Of a DNA stretch of 64,000 nucleotides, positions 42,173 to 49,822 are shown one piece after another (positions within the stretch are counted from its first letter, which is position 1; each line of letters begins with the position of its first letter). A program made the translations under genes and the position numbers. A model generated the notes under the pieces. That model saw only the letters and a program-made list of their open reading frames with translations. It searched no databases and was not told the origin of the DNA. The DNA comes from a virus: positions 30,262 through 94,261 of IMG/VR virus record IMGVR_UViG_3300026519_000001. One strand, written 5' to 3'.

Positions 42173-42564
42173 CTTTTTAAGTTAAATCTCAACACCATTT
42201 CAAATACATCTGTATCAGCTTCTATAACAGGATTAAATCTATTTTCTACGGTATTATTTTTACTAATAACTTTCATTTTCCTTAAAGTAGATAGGTGATT
42301 ATTAAATGTAGCATCAGTCATATCTTTACCATTCTTTTTACCAAGTAAAATTCTCATTTTTACTCTGTTCTCGTAACTGAATACATCATCCCACTTATCT
42401 CTATCCTCTTCTTTATCAGATATATGGTATAAATAAAGAATAACGCACAAAACCTCTATACCTTGATTTTTAATCTTGTGTAGAGGTTGTGTCAATAACA
42501 AATACATTCTCAGAGTCTGAAATAGATTTGTATTGAAGATAGCCATCTTCTTACTTATCTTCAT
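42169..42564 (-). CDS. Putative winged-HTH DNA-binding protein
   Basis: MTDATFNNHLSTLRKMKVI recognition helix followed by FNP. Confidence 0.45.
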   Translation of the reverse strand: MKISKKMAIFNTNLFQTLRMYLLLTQPLHKIKNQGIEVLCVILYLYHISDKEEDRDKWDDVFSYENRVKMRILLGKKNGKDMTDATFNNHLSTLRKMKVISKNNTVENRFNPVIEADTDVFEMVLRFNLKR

Positions 42565-42734
42565 CTAATAATAGTAAATTTTCAGGTTGATATGATAATT
42601 CTCCACTATAGGAAGTTCCATTCATTAAAATATGCATTTTGTTGCCTTCTTCTTCTTCTTTAATCGTTTTTTTAATTAATTCTGGCTGAACATCATCAGC
42701 ATCATCTTGATTGTGTTGATTCATATTATTAATT

Positions 42735-42974
42735 TTAATTTTTCCACTTGCCTTTTGGGCATCTTGAATTTTTACTTCTTATTTTTGCTTTTAGTGGGCA
42801 TCCACAATTATTACATTTTGGTCCTAATAAACCATTCTCATTATAAAATCTACAATGAGGTTCTAATCCATCATGTGTAAGACATATTTTTATTCTATCT
42901 TTAGCTACCTCCTCTATATCCTCATTTGGAAAAAAAGTATTAAACCACCCATTTGCTATTTCATTAGCTATCAC
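42735..42974 (-). CDS. Small Cys-rich zinc-binding protein (start refined to GTG 42974)
   Basis: R..IC...C...CNNCGCPLKAK.RS....CPKGKW motif. Confidence 0.55.
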   Translation of the reverse strand: MIANEIANGWFNTFFPNEDIEEVAKDRIKICLTHDGLEPHCRFYNENGLLGPKCNNCGCPLKAKIRSKNSRCPKGKWKN

Positions 42975-43185
42975 AAGTAATATAATAAGGATAATTTGGT
43001 ATATAAGGCTCGGTATTAGGTATAGTAATAGGATATATACTATCATCTCTATTATATGGATTATATCTATAATGAGATTTATGTTCTTCAACTTCATTTA
43101 TAGAATTATACAATATAATAAATTCATCTGTTGTAATATGACTATCACTTAACAACCTTGATATAATTTTCAAACTTTCCTTCAT
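42964..43185 (-). CDS. Hypothetical protein
   Basis: Overlapping start/stop chain with neighbours. Confidence 0.45.
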   Translation of the reverse strand: MKESLKIISRLLSDSHITTDEFIILYNSINEVEEHKSHYRYNPYNRDDSIYPITIPNTEPYIPNYPYYITCDS

Positions 43186-43385
43186 GCCACTTTTCCGTTT
43201 TCAAATGTCTCATACTCGTCTTCTGCTATAATTCTTGTATAATTAACAACTCCACAGTTTTCACACATATCTAAAGATGCCTGATCCTCACCAATTACTT
43301 CCATAATCGCAAGTGAATTGCAATTTTTACAGACGATAAGCAGTTCTAGATCTTCTAATTCATTATTATTTGGCTTTTGTATCAT
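43182..43385 (-). CDS. Small zinc-ribbon protein
   Basis: CKNC...CENC. Confidence 0.55.
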   Translation of the reverse strand: MIQKPNNNELEDLELLIVCKNCNSLAIMEVIGEDQASLDMCENCGVVNYTRIIAEDEYETFENGKVA

Positions 43386-43573
43386 AATATTTTTAATCTG
43401 TTGTCAAGAATTAACAAATATGTATTCATTAAACTATGTTGTATATTTGATAACGCTTCCTGAGCACTCCCAACTTTCGATATTATATTAGGCTGCTCCA
43501 AAAATAATTCTAACTTTTCAATCTTTTCTTGTAATTTGTCTCTTTCTTCTAATAATCTTTCTCCAAATCCCAT
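43382..43573 (-). CDS. crAss001_48-like small coiled-coil protein
   Basis: ERL..E...L.EKIEKL..F...Q...M..Y..IL..R pattern. Confidence 0.55.
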   Translation of the reverse strand: MGFGERLLEERDKLQEKIEKLELFLEQPNIISKVGSAQEALSNIQHSLMNTYLLILDNRLKIL

Positions 43574-43721
43574 TTTTCAATTATTTTACTTTTTCGTTTA
43601 TATTTCTTTTTATCTATTTCTGAGAAAATTTTACTTAATTTATTATTCTTTTTTTCATCTTCTCTATTCCTTCTGTATCCCATCACTAATTATTTTAGCC
43701 CTAATATTACCAAACTTTATA

Positions 43722-44021
43722 TTAAAATTCAGCGGTTTCATCTGCTTGTCTTAATAGTTTTGAAAATACATCTACAAACTTTTCATTCCTTGACAATTCA
43801 GCTTCATTCATAGTATTTAAAATCATGTGAGTTCTTTCGTGATACCAAGTATCCAAAATTTTACCTTTACTAAGCTTCTCAGAACCATCCTCTTTTGAGA
43901 GTGTTATTCTGCTTTTTCCATACTCAGACAACCCAAAAGCTTTCATGTTATCCATCTTCATTTCATCCCAAATAACATTAATAGTTGTTCCGAATAATTT
44001 AAATTTCTTTGGTATATTCAT
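43722..44021 (-). CDS. Putative zinc metallopeptidase-like protein
   Basis: T.YHERTH (HExxH) followed by a downstream E (NEKFV). Confidence 0.55.
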   Translation of the reverse strand: MNIPKKFKLFGTTINVIWDEMKMDNMKAFGLSEYGKSRITLSKEDGSEKLSKGKILDTWYHERTHMILNTMNEAELSRNEKFVDVFSKLLRQADETAEF

Positions 44022-44035
44022 TCTTATTTATTTTG

Positions 44036-44109
44036 TAGCGAGACCAGGATTTGAACCTGGGTCTTCAGCTTATGAGACTGACGAGTTAACCATCTTCTAC
44101 TATCTCGCT
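44036..44109 (-). tRNA. tRNA-Met (CAT), initiator-like body
   Basis: Acceptor AGCGAGA/TCTCGCT, anticodon arm TCAGT-CTCATAA-GCTGA, T arm CCAGG-TTCAAAT-CCTGG. Confidence 0.85.
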
Positions 44110-44118
44110 ATTTTATCG

Positions 44119-44201
44119 TGTCCTTGGCAGGGTTTGAACCTGCAAACTTTAAAAGCACTAGATTCTAAATTTAGCATGTGTACCGATTCCATCACAAAGA
44201 C
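44119..44201 (-). tRNA. tRNA-Leu (TAG)
   Basis: Acceptor GTCTTTG/CAAGGAC, loop TTTAGAA, long variable arm, T arm GCAGG-TTCAAAC-CCTGC, A73. Confidence 0.8.
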
Positions 44202-44475
44202 ATTACTATTTTTATTAAGTTTCACTTTCTATTGGCTTGTTTAATATTTCTTTAAGACCTTCTTCAATATCCTTATAGGTTATATTATTATAAAACTTGT
44301 TATTCATACTATGTAAAGATTCAGCCTCTTCAACTAGAGCCTTAGCCTTATTTATCCTAATCCTTATCTCTTTATTATTCATACTGCAAGTATAATATTA
44401 TAATATATAAAAAACAAGTGATAACGTATATTTATTTCTAATTATAAAATAAATAGAAAATAAATTGACAAATCA

Positions 44476-44506
44476 TTGCATTTGTGAAAATTAAAGTGTA
44501 GCTTTG
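44476..44506 (+). promoter_or_regulatory. Bacteroidota sigma promoter (TTG-N20-TAGCTTTG)
   Basis: -33 and -7 elements at canonical spacing, at the strand switch upstream of a structured element and the tRNAs. Confidence 0.55.
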
Positions 44507-44659
44507 AGCACAAAGTCGTAGACTAATGACAAACCTACCCCAATAATGTGGTGGCTTCCTCTTGGAATCTCGTCATAGATTAATTAAACTTTACCAAGAT
44601 AAGGAGTAACTATTATTTGGGTTGCCCCCTTTGTAGGCATATTTAAAAGCTAAAATAAC

Positions 44660-44764
44660 ATGAAAAAAAAGAAAAATAATAAAGTAAAAAAGGTAAGAAT
44701 AATACAAAGCAAGATTGAAAATAAAATTATACGAAAAAAAACATTAAAAAAAAGAACTAAATAA
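44660..44764 (+). CDS. Tiny very basic peptide (34 aa, MKKKKNNKVKKVRII...)
   Basis: ATG with A-rich leader; Lys/Arg-rich. Could be a chance ORF in A-rich DNA. Confidence 0.3.
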   Translation: MKKKKNNKVKKVRIIQSKIENKIIRKKTLKKRTK

Positions 44765-44884
44765 TTAGGAATTAACAGAATAAAATATTAATATTGCACA
44801 ATGATTAAAATATACCAACATAATACACCTGAACATAGCCCTGCGAATAGCAAGGATGACTTTATGTGTGGGTGATGTTTTACC

Positions 44885-44941
44885 ATTATTCATAAAAAAA
44901 TCCTTTCTAGATTGAATAGAAAGGATTTTTTTATGAATAAT
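44885..44941. repeat. Perfect 25-bp inverted repeat with 7-nt loop (bidirectional terminator or cruciform)
   Basis: ATTATTCATAAAAAAATCCTTTCTA-gattgaa-TAGAAAGGATTTTTTTATGAATAAT. Confidence 0.85.
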
Positions 44942-44943
44942 AT

Positions 44944-45017
44944 CTAGGTACGATCCATTGGTGTGGTTGCCTCACTTGGAATGAGGATTATTAAAGGTTC
45001 GAATCCTTTTACTTAGA
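44944..45017 (+). tRNA. tRNA-Pro (TGG)
   Basis: CTAGGTA/TACTTAG, CCTCA-CTTGGAA-TGAGG, AAAGG-TTCGAAT-CCTTT. Confidence 0.8.
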
Positions 45018-45023
45018 CTAAAT

Positions 45024-45095
45024 GTTCCCATCGTCTAATGGTTAGGACGTTAGCTTTTCAAGCTAAAGATCAGAGTTCAATCCTCTGTGGGAATA
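45024..45095 (+). tRNA. tRNA-Glu (TTC)
   Basis: GTTCCCA/TGGGAAT, TTAGC-TTTTCAA-GCTAA, CAGAG-TTCAATC-CTCTG. Confidence 0.88.
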
Positions 45096-45101
45096 CTATA
45101 A

Positions 45102-45174
45102 TGAGGAATAGCACAACTGGTAGTGCATCAGATTTTGATTCTGAAGATTGTAAGTTCGAATCTTGCTTCCTCAT
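45102..45174 (+). tRNA. tRNA-Gln (TTG)
   Basis: TGAGGAA/TTCCTCA, TCAGA-TTTTGAT-TCTGA, GTAAG-TTCGAAT-CTTGC. Confidence 0.88.
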
Positions 45175-45180
45175 CACATC

Positions 45181-45251
45181 CCTCCTATAGTTCAATGGTA
45201 GAATATCTGCTTGTGATGCAGAAGATGTGGATTCGAATTCCACTAGGTTGA
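45181..45251 (+). tRNA. tRNA-His (GTG), atypical or possibly pseudo
   Basis: Good D, anticodon (TCTGC-TTGTGAT-GCAGA) and T arms. Acceptor CCTCCTA/TAGGTTG has two mismatches; A73 and no G-1. Confidence 0.65.
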
Positions 45252-45259
45252 CATTGAAA

Positions 45260-45291
45260 CATTAAACTATTTACTATTAATAGTTTAATGT
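45260..45291 (+). terminator. Hairpin after the tRNA cluster
   Basis: ACATTAAACTATT...AATAGTTTAATGT inverted repeat. Confidence 0.45.
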
Positions 45292-45822
45292 CTTATCGGT
45301 CTTTTCGCAATTGCAATAATAACATCTCTCACAATATATACTACCATAGAACATTGTATTAATGTTGCAAGTATATAAGATAAAGACTTTATAGTATACA
45401 TTATTATATTATATATATGTGTATCCATCGTTTTTATATGCAATATAATCAAATAATTGCCAAAAACAAATTTTACTGGCGTATTTTTGAAACATTAATA
45501 ATAATTATAAATAATTGCCTTTAATACATACCAATATAAAATTTTTGCTATTTTTTTAAAAACTTTTTGTAAGCAAAGTGTAATTAGTTATTCTAAAATT
45601 GCCACCCCCCCCAACCCCCCACATTCATATAATATGTTTATTTTACTTTATTCTATTTAAAAAAAATTACTGCGTGTAAGGTAGGGTGTAGGAACTATAT
45701 AAACACCCCCACCCCTTTCCAAAATTGGGATATACCCCCTCTTGTTAATCAATCAGTTTATTCCAAATAATATTGCAATATTCAATCTAAGATCAAGCAG
45801 TTTATACAAAGCTTATGAATAA

Positions 45823-45925
45823 TACACAAATCAATCTCACAAAACCTCTTGTATTACTTTACAAAGAATACACAAATTCATTACTTAAAACCTCTTGTGT
45901 TACCGTACAGTACACAAATTCATTA
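45823..45925 (+). repeat. Three imperfect direct repeats (TACACAAAT(T)CA...AAAACCTCTTGT), period 42-46 bp
   Basis: Copies start at 45823, 45869 and 45911; the third is truncated. Confidence 0.7.
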
Positions 45926-45976
45926 TCTAACCATAGTATTGGTGGTAATATTGCCACATCATCTCAATTAATTATT

Positions 45977-46249
45977 ATGAACAAGAATTCAATAATCAAA
46001 ATATCTGTAATCAAAGAAGCAACTGAGAAGGGGTTTCAAACATTACAGTGTAGTGTGTCTAATGGATTTGCTGTTAATAGCAAGCCTACATACATACTAT
46101 CAACACCAGAAGCTATTAAAGCTGCGGAATTAGTAGAAGGTATGGACATATCTGAAATGGTTCACAAAATGGACATGAAAGAAACTACTACTAAAAGCAT
46201 TGATACTTCAACTGGCGAGGAGTTTGAATTTAACTGGTTAACAGTTTAG
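45977..46249 (+). CDS. First early-arm protein (90 aa; start refined to MNKNSII)
   Basis: The upstream extension translates the repeats. A-rich leader at 45977; terminator follows. Confidence 0.6.
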   Translation: MNKNSIIKISVIKEATEKGFQTLQCSVSNGFAVNSKPTYILSTPEAIKAAELVEGMDISEMVHKMDMKETTTKSIDTSTGEEFEFNWLTV

Positions 46250-46251
46250 TT

Positions 46252-46283
46252 AGCAAGGGGAGAAATCCTCTTGTTTTCATTTG
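46252..46283 (+). terminator. Intrinsic terminator
   Basis: AGCAAGGGG-agaaat-CCTCTTGTT followed by a T-rich tail. Confidence 0.6.
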
Positions 46284-46340
46284 TTTTATTTTAAATAAGC
46301 TAACTTTATATAAAGAAGTTGTAATTATTAATTAATTATC

Positions 46341-46514
46341 ATGACTAAAAAGAAATTCATTAATCAGATGTTAAGATTAGGTATTGAGTTATCATCAACA
46401 ACTAATGTAGTTGAGAATGATATTATTATTGAGGCTGCTAAAATACTTCATAATAACTATATTAGAAATCTCACTATTTCTGATTTGGCTAAGTATCATA
46501 AAGAAGAACTTTAA
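46341..46514 (+). CDS. Small hypothetical protein (57 aa)
   Basis: MTKKEFINQMLRLGIEL...; read manually. Confidence 0.55.
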   Translation: MTKKKFINQMLRLGIELSSTTNVVENDIIIEAAKILHNNYIRNLTISDLAKYHKEEL

Positions 46515-46526
46515 TAACTTAATATT

Positions 46527-46619
46527 ATGAAAAAATTAATTGAACCAGTAATGCTATTCATTGGAATAGTATTACTATTATTGTATGTTATTAGTATTGC
46601 GCAACTTATATTAATGTAA
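46527..46619 (+). CDS. Single-TM micropeptide (30 aa)
   Basis: MKKLIEPVMLFIGIVLLLLYVISIAQLILM. Confidence 0.45.
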   Translation: MKKLIEPVMLFIGIVLLLLYVISIAQLILM

Positions 46620-46662
46620 GTTGTTCCTTATATATAGGAGTAATAAACTTAAATTTAACATT

Positions 46663-46764
46663 ATGGATGATGAAACAGCTTTTTTAAAAAAACTAATTAG
46701 AAATGCAATACTGTTTATTGTATGGATTTATTTATGCACTCAAATTAGTGGATGTAGATTATAG
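46663..46764 (+). CDS. Single-TM micropeptide (33 aa)
   Basis: MDDETAFLKKLIRNAILFIVWIYLCTQISGCRL. Confidence 0.45.
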   Translation: MDDETAFLKKLIRNAILFIVWIYLCTQISGCRL

Positions 46765-46912
46765 TAATGACTTTTTTATATCTAATTTAGTATTTGCAAT
46801 CTGTAAATATATAATTTTGAAAGACTATGGTCTGATTAGCCATTGACTATTTAAAATTAATGACAAATACTAATTAGGTATAAAGAAGTGTTTACTATTA
46901 ATACTTAAAAAT

Positions 46913-47050
46913 ATGGAAGAATCAAATAAATTATCTTATGAAGAATGGTATGCACTCTTTGAAGATGAAATAAATATAGAACTTGCAGAAATAGGTGCAA
47001 CTAGAGAATTAGAATTTGAATTGAGATATGAAAAGTATTTAGATATATAA
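46913..47050 (+). CDS. Small acidic protein (45 aa)
   Basis: MEESNKLSYEEWYALFEDEINIELAEIGATRELEFELRYEKYLDI. Confidence 0.55.
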   Translation: MEESNKLSYEEWYALFEDEINIELAEIGATRELEFELRYEKYLDI

Positions 47051-47533
47051 GTCTAACATCTAGCAAATACAAAATAAATAACAGGTAATTCTTATACCAA
47101 CAAAATAGTAAAGGTTTTTTTACTAACGTATTTAATATAAAATCCTTAAAGTTCTGTTATTTTAATTGTTAAACATATTCTATATTAATACCATGGAAAA
47201 TTATATATAACTTATTTGCTAGCAATAAAAGTTGACTCTAATATTGTCGTAAATAAGGTATTATATTAATTAAATAATAAATAAAGTTTCTAAGCCTCTT
47301 TGTATAAGAGCAGCATTAAAAACCAAACTGGATAGGGAGGTTCTTTATTTATTATTTTTACTAATTATAAGTTATTAACATTGTGGATAACTTGTTGGTA
47401 ACTTAGTAAATGTGTTGTTTAGAGTTAATTGAGTGGGTTTATTAGGGGTTAGGTATCAACATCCCACACCTTCAACCTCAACAAAATTATCAATTTCAAC
47501 CACATATCATTAAAAACTATAACACTAAACACT

Positions 47534-47767
47534 ATGAAAGGAACATTAAAAAAATGTATTATAGCAAAATACGATAAAACAATTAAAGAGCCACCATACT
47601 TAACTATCAAAATTAACGAAATAGAAGTATTAGAGCCTAAAGAAGATGATTTAGGTAGTTTATTTGCTAAAATATTAAAGCAAGCCTGTATAGATAAGGG
47701 ATATATTTTTAAATTCTATACTTTAAGTAGAGAAAAGAATTTTGATTATGAAATTGTAGTTTATTAA
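47534..47767 (+). CDS. Hypothetical protein
   Basis: ORF with A-rich leader. Confidence 0.55.
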   Translation: MKGTLKKCIIAKYDKTIKEPPYLTIKINEIEVLEPKEDDLGSLFAKILKQACIDKGYIFKFYTLSREKNFDYEIVVY

Positions 47768-47779
47768 CATTAAAATATC

Positions 47780-48034
47780 ATGAAACAAACAAAAGCTAAC
47801 ACTATAAAATCATTATTTGAAACTTATTTTGATGGATGTTATGGAATAGAGTCACAACCAAATACATCAAATACTTATACAATGGGAGTTTGCAAATTAA
47901 CTTTTAATAAAGATATATTAACAGTATATCTTAGAAGACCTGGATTATTAATAGGCAAGGGTGGAGAAATTATTAATGATTTAAGAAAATATTTAGGATG
48001 TAAAGTTCATATAACTGAAATAAAAAAACTTTAA
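47780..48034 (+). CDS. Stand-alone KH-domain RNA-binding protein (type II, S3-like)
   Basis: VYLRRPGLLIGKGGEIINDLR GxxG loop. Confidence 0.7.
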   Translation: MKQTKANTIKSLFETYFDGCYGIESQPNTSNTYTMGVCKLTFNKDILTVYLRRPGLLIGKGGEIINDLRKYLGCKVHITEIKKL

Positions 48035-48183
48035 AGAAACTTACTTTAATAAAATAATAAATCACTTAAACACCTTGGAAATTAAATAACTGTGTAAATT
48101 GCAATAATAGTTGTTATATTTACATAGAAGAATTCACGTTCTTATATAACGTGCCAAGGTATTTATTTATTAAAAAAATCATT

Positions 48184-48270
48184 ATGGAAAGAATATCGAA
48201 AGAAGAATTTACAGGAATATTATTATTAGGAATAATAATAATATTATCATTTGTATTAATAATAACTTAA
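48184..48270 (+). CDS. Single-TM micropeptide (28 aa)
   Basis: MERISKEEFTGILLLGIIIILSFVLIIT. Confidence 0.45.
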   Translation: MERISKEEFTGILLLGIIIILSFVLIIT

Positions 48271-48498
48271 AATTAAGATACTAATCATATAATCACTAAT
48301 GATATATTAGTAAAGAAGGAAGCTTTGATTATATGTAAAAAACCCCCTAAAGCACGGCATATATATGAGGTGAAGAGCTTAGACACCATACTGCTTGTTA
48401 ATTATGATGATTAAAGTAATTATCTAAGAAAATTAATAGGGAATGTAAAACAAAGATCATTGGGGGTTTTTTTTAACTATAACATTAAACACTTAATC

Positions 48499-48603
48499 AT
48501 GACAATAATAACAACTATAATTTTAGTAACATTTATAATAATGTGTATATATAATATTTTAAATGATAACGATAATGATGATGATAAATTAACTTTTTAT
48601 TAA
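48499..48603 (+). CDS. Single-TM micropeptide with acidic tail (34 aa)
   Basis: MTIITTIILVTFIIMCIYNILNDNDNDDDKLTFY. Confidence 0.45.
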   Translation: MTIITTIILVTFIIMCIYNILNDNDNDDDKLTFY

Positions 48604-48975
48604 TCAAAATATAAAACATTTAAATAATATAATATCTTCAAAGTATAACTTCAAATTAGCGAGTGAAACAGATTTGTAATAATTGGAAGTAATTACCATT
48701 TATGTCACAAATAGAATACAGATACCCTGCTCTTTAGTGCACTAAAACAGGTCATGCTTAATTAACATGAGTTAAAATATCAGAGATATAATATTATTTA
48801 TTTAAGTATCAAATAATGCTTTAAAATTTACTACTAAGCAGAGAAGTTTTTAAAGATGTAATCAAATAAATAATAAGGTGCTTGATACGTAGAGCTGAAG
48901 TATAATGATTAATTATCTACGTTGTAGAAAGCAAGCTAAGTGTACAGTTTTAACAGTCAGCCTTATTTTAAAACA

Positions 48976-49240
48976 ACTCCAAAACATTGAGGAGTATAAA
49001 GAATATACTAATAGAAATATTAGATGTGTTATAGCCTTGAGAAAGCTATGCAAGGTGAAATTAATAAATTAAGTTAACTAGACTTGCTTATCATAACACA
49101 AATTAGTTCTCAGCAAGTACTAAATTTAGCATATAATTACAAAAGAAGAAATGACTTCAATTATATGAAACTAATCATTTGATATTCTAGTCTAAGCTAG
49201 ATATAATAAGTGACCTTAATAGATAAAGCTAAAGGTGCTA
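48976..49240 (+). ncRNA. Candidate large structured ncRNA with nested helices and pseudoknots
   Basis: Complementary pairs AGAATAT/ATATTCT, CTAATA-GAAA-TATTAG, TGTGTTAT/ATAACACA, CCTTG/CAAGG, ATTAGTT/AACTAAT, CATATAATT/AATTATATG; crossing pair ACTTGCT/AGCAAGT. Confidence 0.5.
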
Positions 49241-49270
49241 ATAACAATTAAACAATTAAACTAAAATAAT

Positions 49271-49504
49271 ATGAAAAAAATTAAATTATTATTTATAATG
49301 TTATTATTAATAATATCTATTGGATGTAAAGTAAGAAGTATAGGATTTAAAAACAAGTATAAATTTACTATTCGAGTAGATAATATGAGATTTCATACAA
49401 ATAATTTAAAAGTTGAAGAATCAGTTTTACACTTTATTGACAAATCTGGAAAAAGTTATCATATTCCAACTGTTAATATTGAATATATTAAAGAAAATTA
49501 TTAA
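49271..49504 (+). CDS. Small lipoprotein
   Basis: MKKIKLLFIMLLLIISIG-C lipobox. Confidence 0.6.
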   Translation: MKKIKLLFIMLLLIISIGCKVRSIGFKNKYKFTIRVDNMRFHTNNLKVEESVLHFIDKSGKSYHIPTVNIEYIKENY

Positions 49505-49615
49505 ATGAAAAATAAAAAAACATATAATATAGGGAGATGGTTAAATTATGGAATAGTATTATTAATAATAATTTTAATAATATTTTTAACTCATTTTATA
49601 ATTACAATTATATAA
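49505..49615 (+). CDS. Single-TM micropeptide (36 aa)
   Basis: MKNKKTYNIGRWLNYGIVLLIIILIIFLTHFIITII. Confidence 0.4.
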   Translation: MKNKKTYNIGRWLNYGIVLLIIILIIFLTHFIITII

Positions 49616-49643
49616 TATTTATTACAATTTAAACAATAAAATT

Positions 49644-49721
49644 ATGACACCATTTTATATAGTGATAACAATAGCAATAGTTGGAGTAATGAGAATTATT
49701 CAAACTGCATTAAAAAGATGA
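49644..49721 (+). CDS. Single-TM micropeptide (25 aa)
   Basis: MTPFYIVITIAIVGVMRIIQTALKR. Confidence 0.35.
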   Translation: MTPFYIVITIAIVGVMRIIQTALKR

Positions 49722-49782
49722 TTTTTCATAATGTAATAAAAGAAACTTTCTTTTATTAATTTTAAAATTATTCTTTCTTTTA

Positions 49783-49814
49783 TTTTAACATTTTAACATT
49801 TTAACATTTTAACA
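49783..49814 (+). repeat. Tandem repeat (TTTTAACA)x4
   Basis: Exact 8-mer tandem ending 8 nt before the HD gene ATG. Confidence 0.8.
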
Positions 49815-49822
49815 TTGAAATT

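Noticed and set aside
45823-45925. Mini-CRISPR
   Set aside because: Only two and a half degenerate tandem units with no unique spacers.
45815-45976. N-terminal extension of the 144-aa ORF
   Set aside because: It translates the direct repeats; ATG 45977 has the typical leader.
46812-46860. Hammerhead ribozyme (CTGAT in a small hairpin)
   Set aside because: Lacks the CUGAnGA and GAAA core arrangement with three stems.
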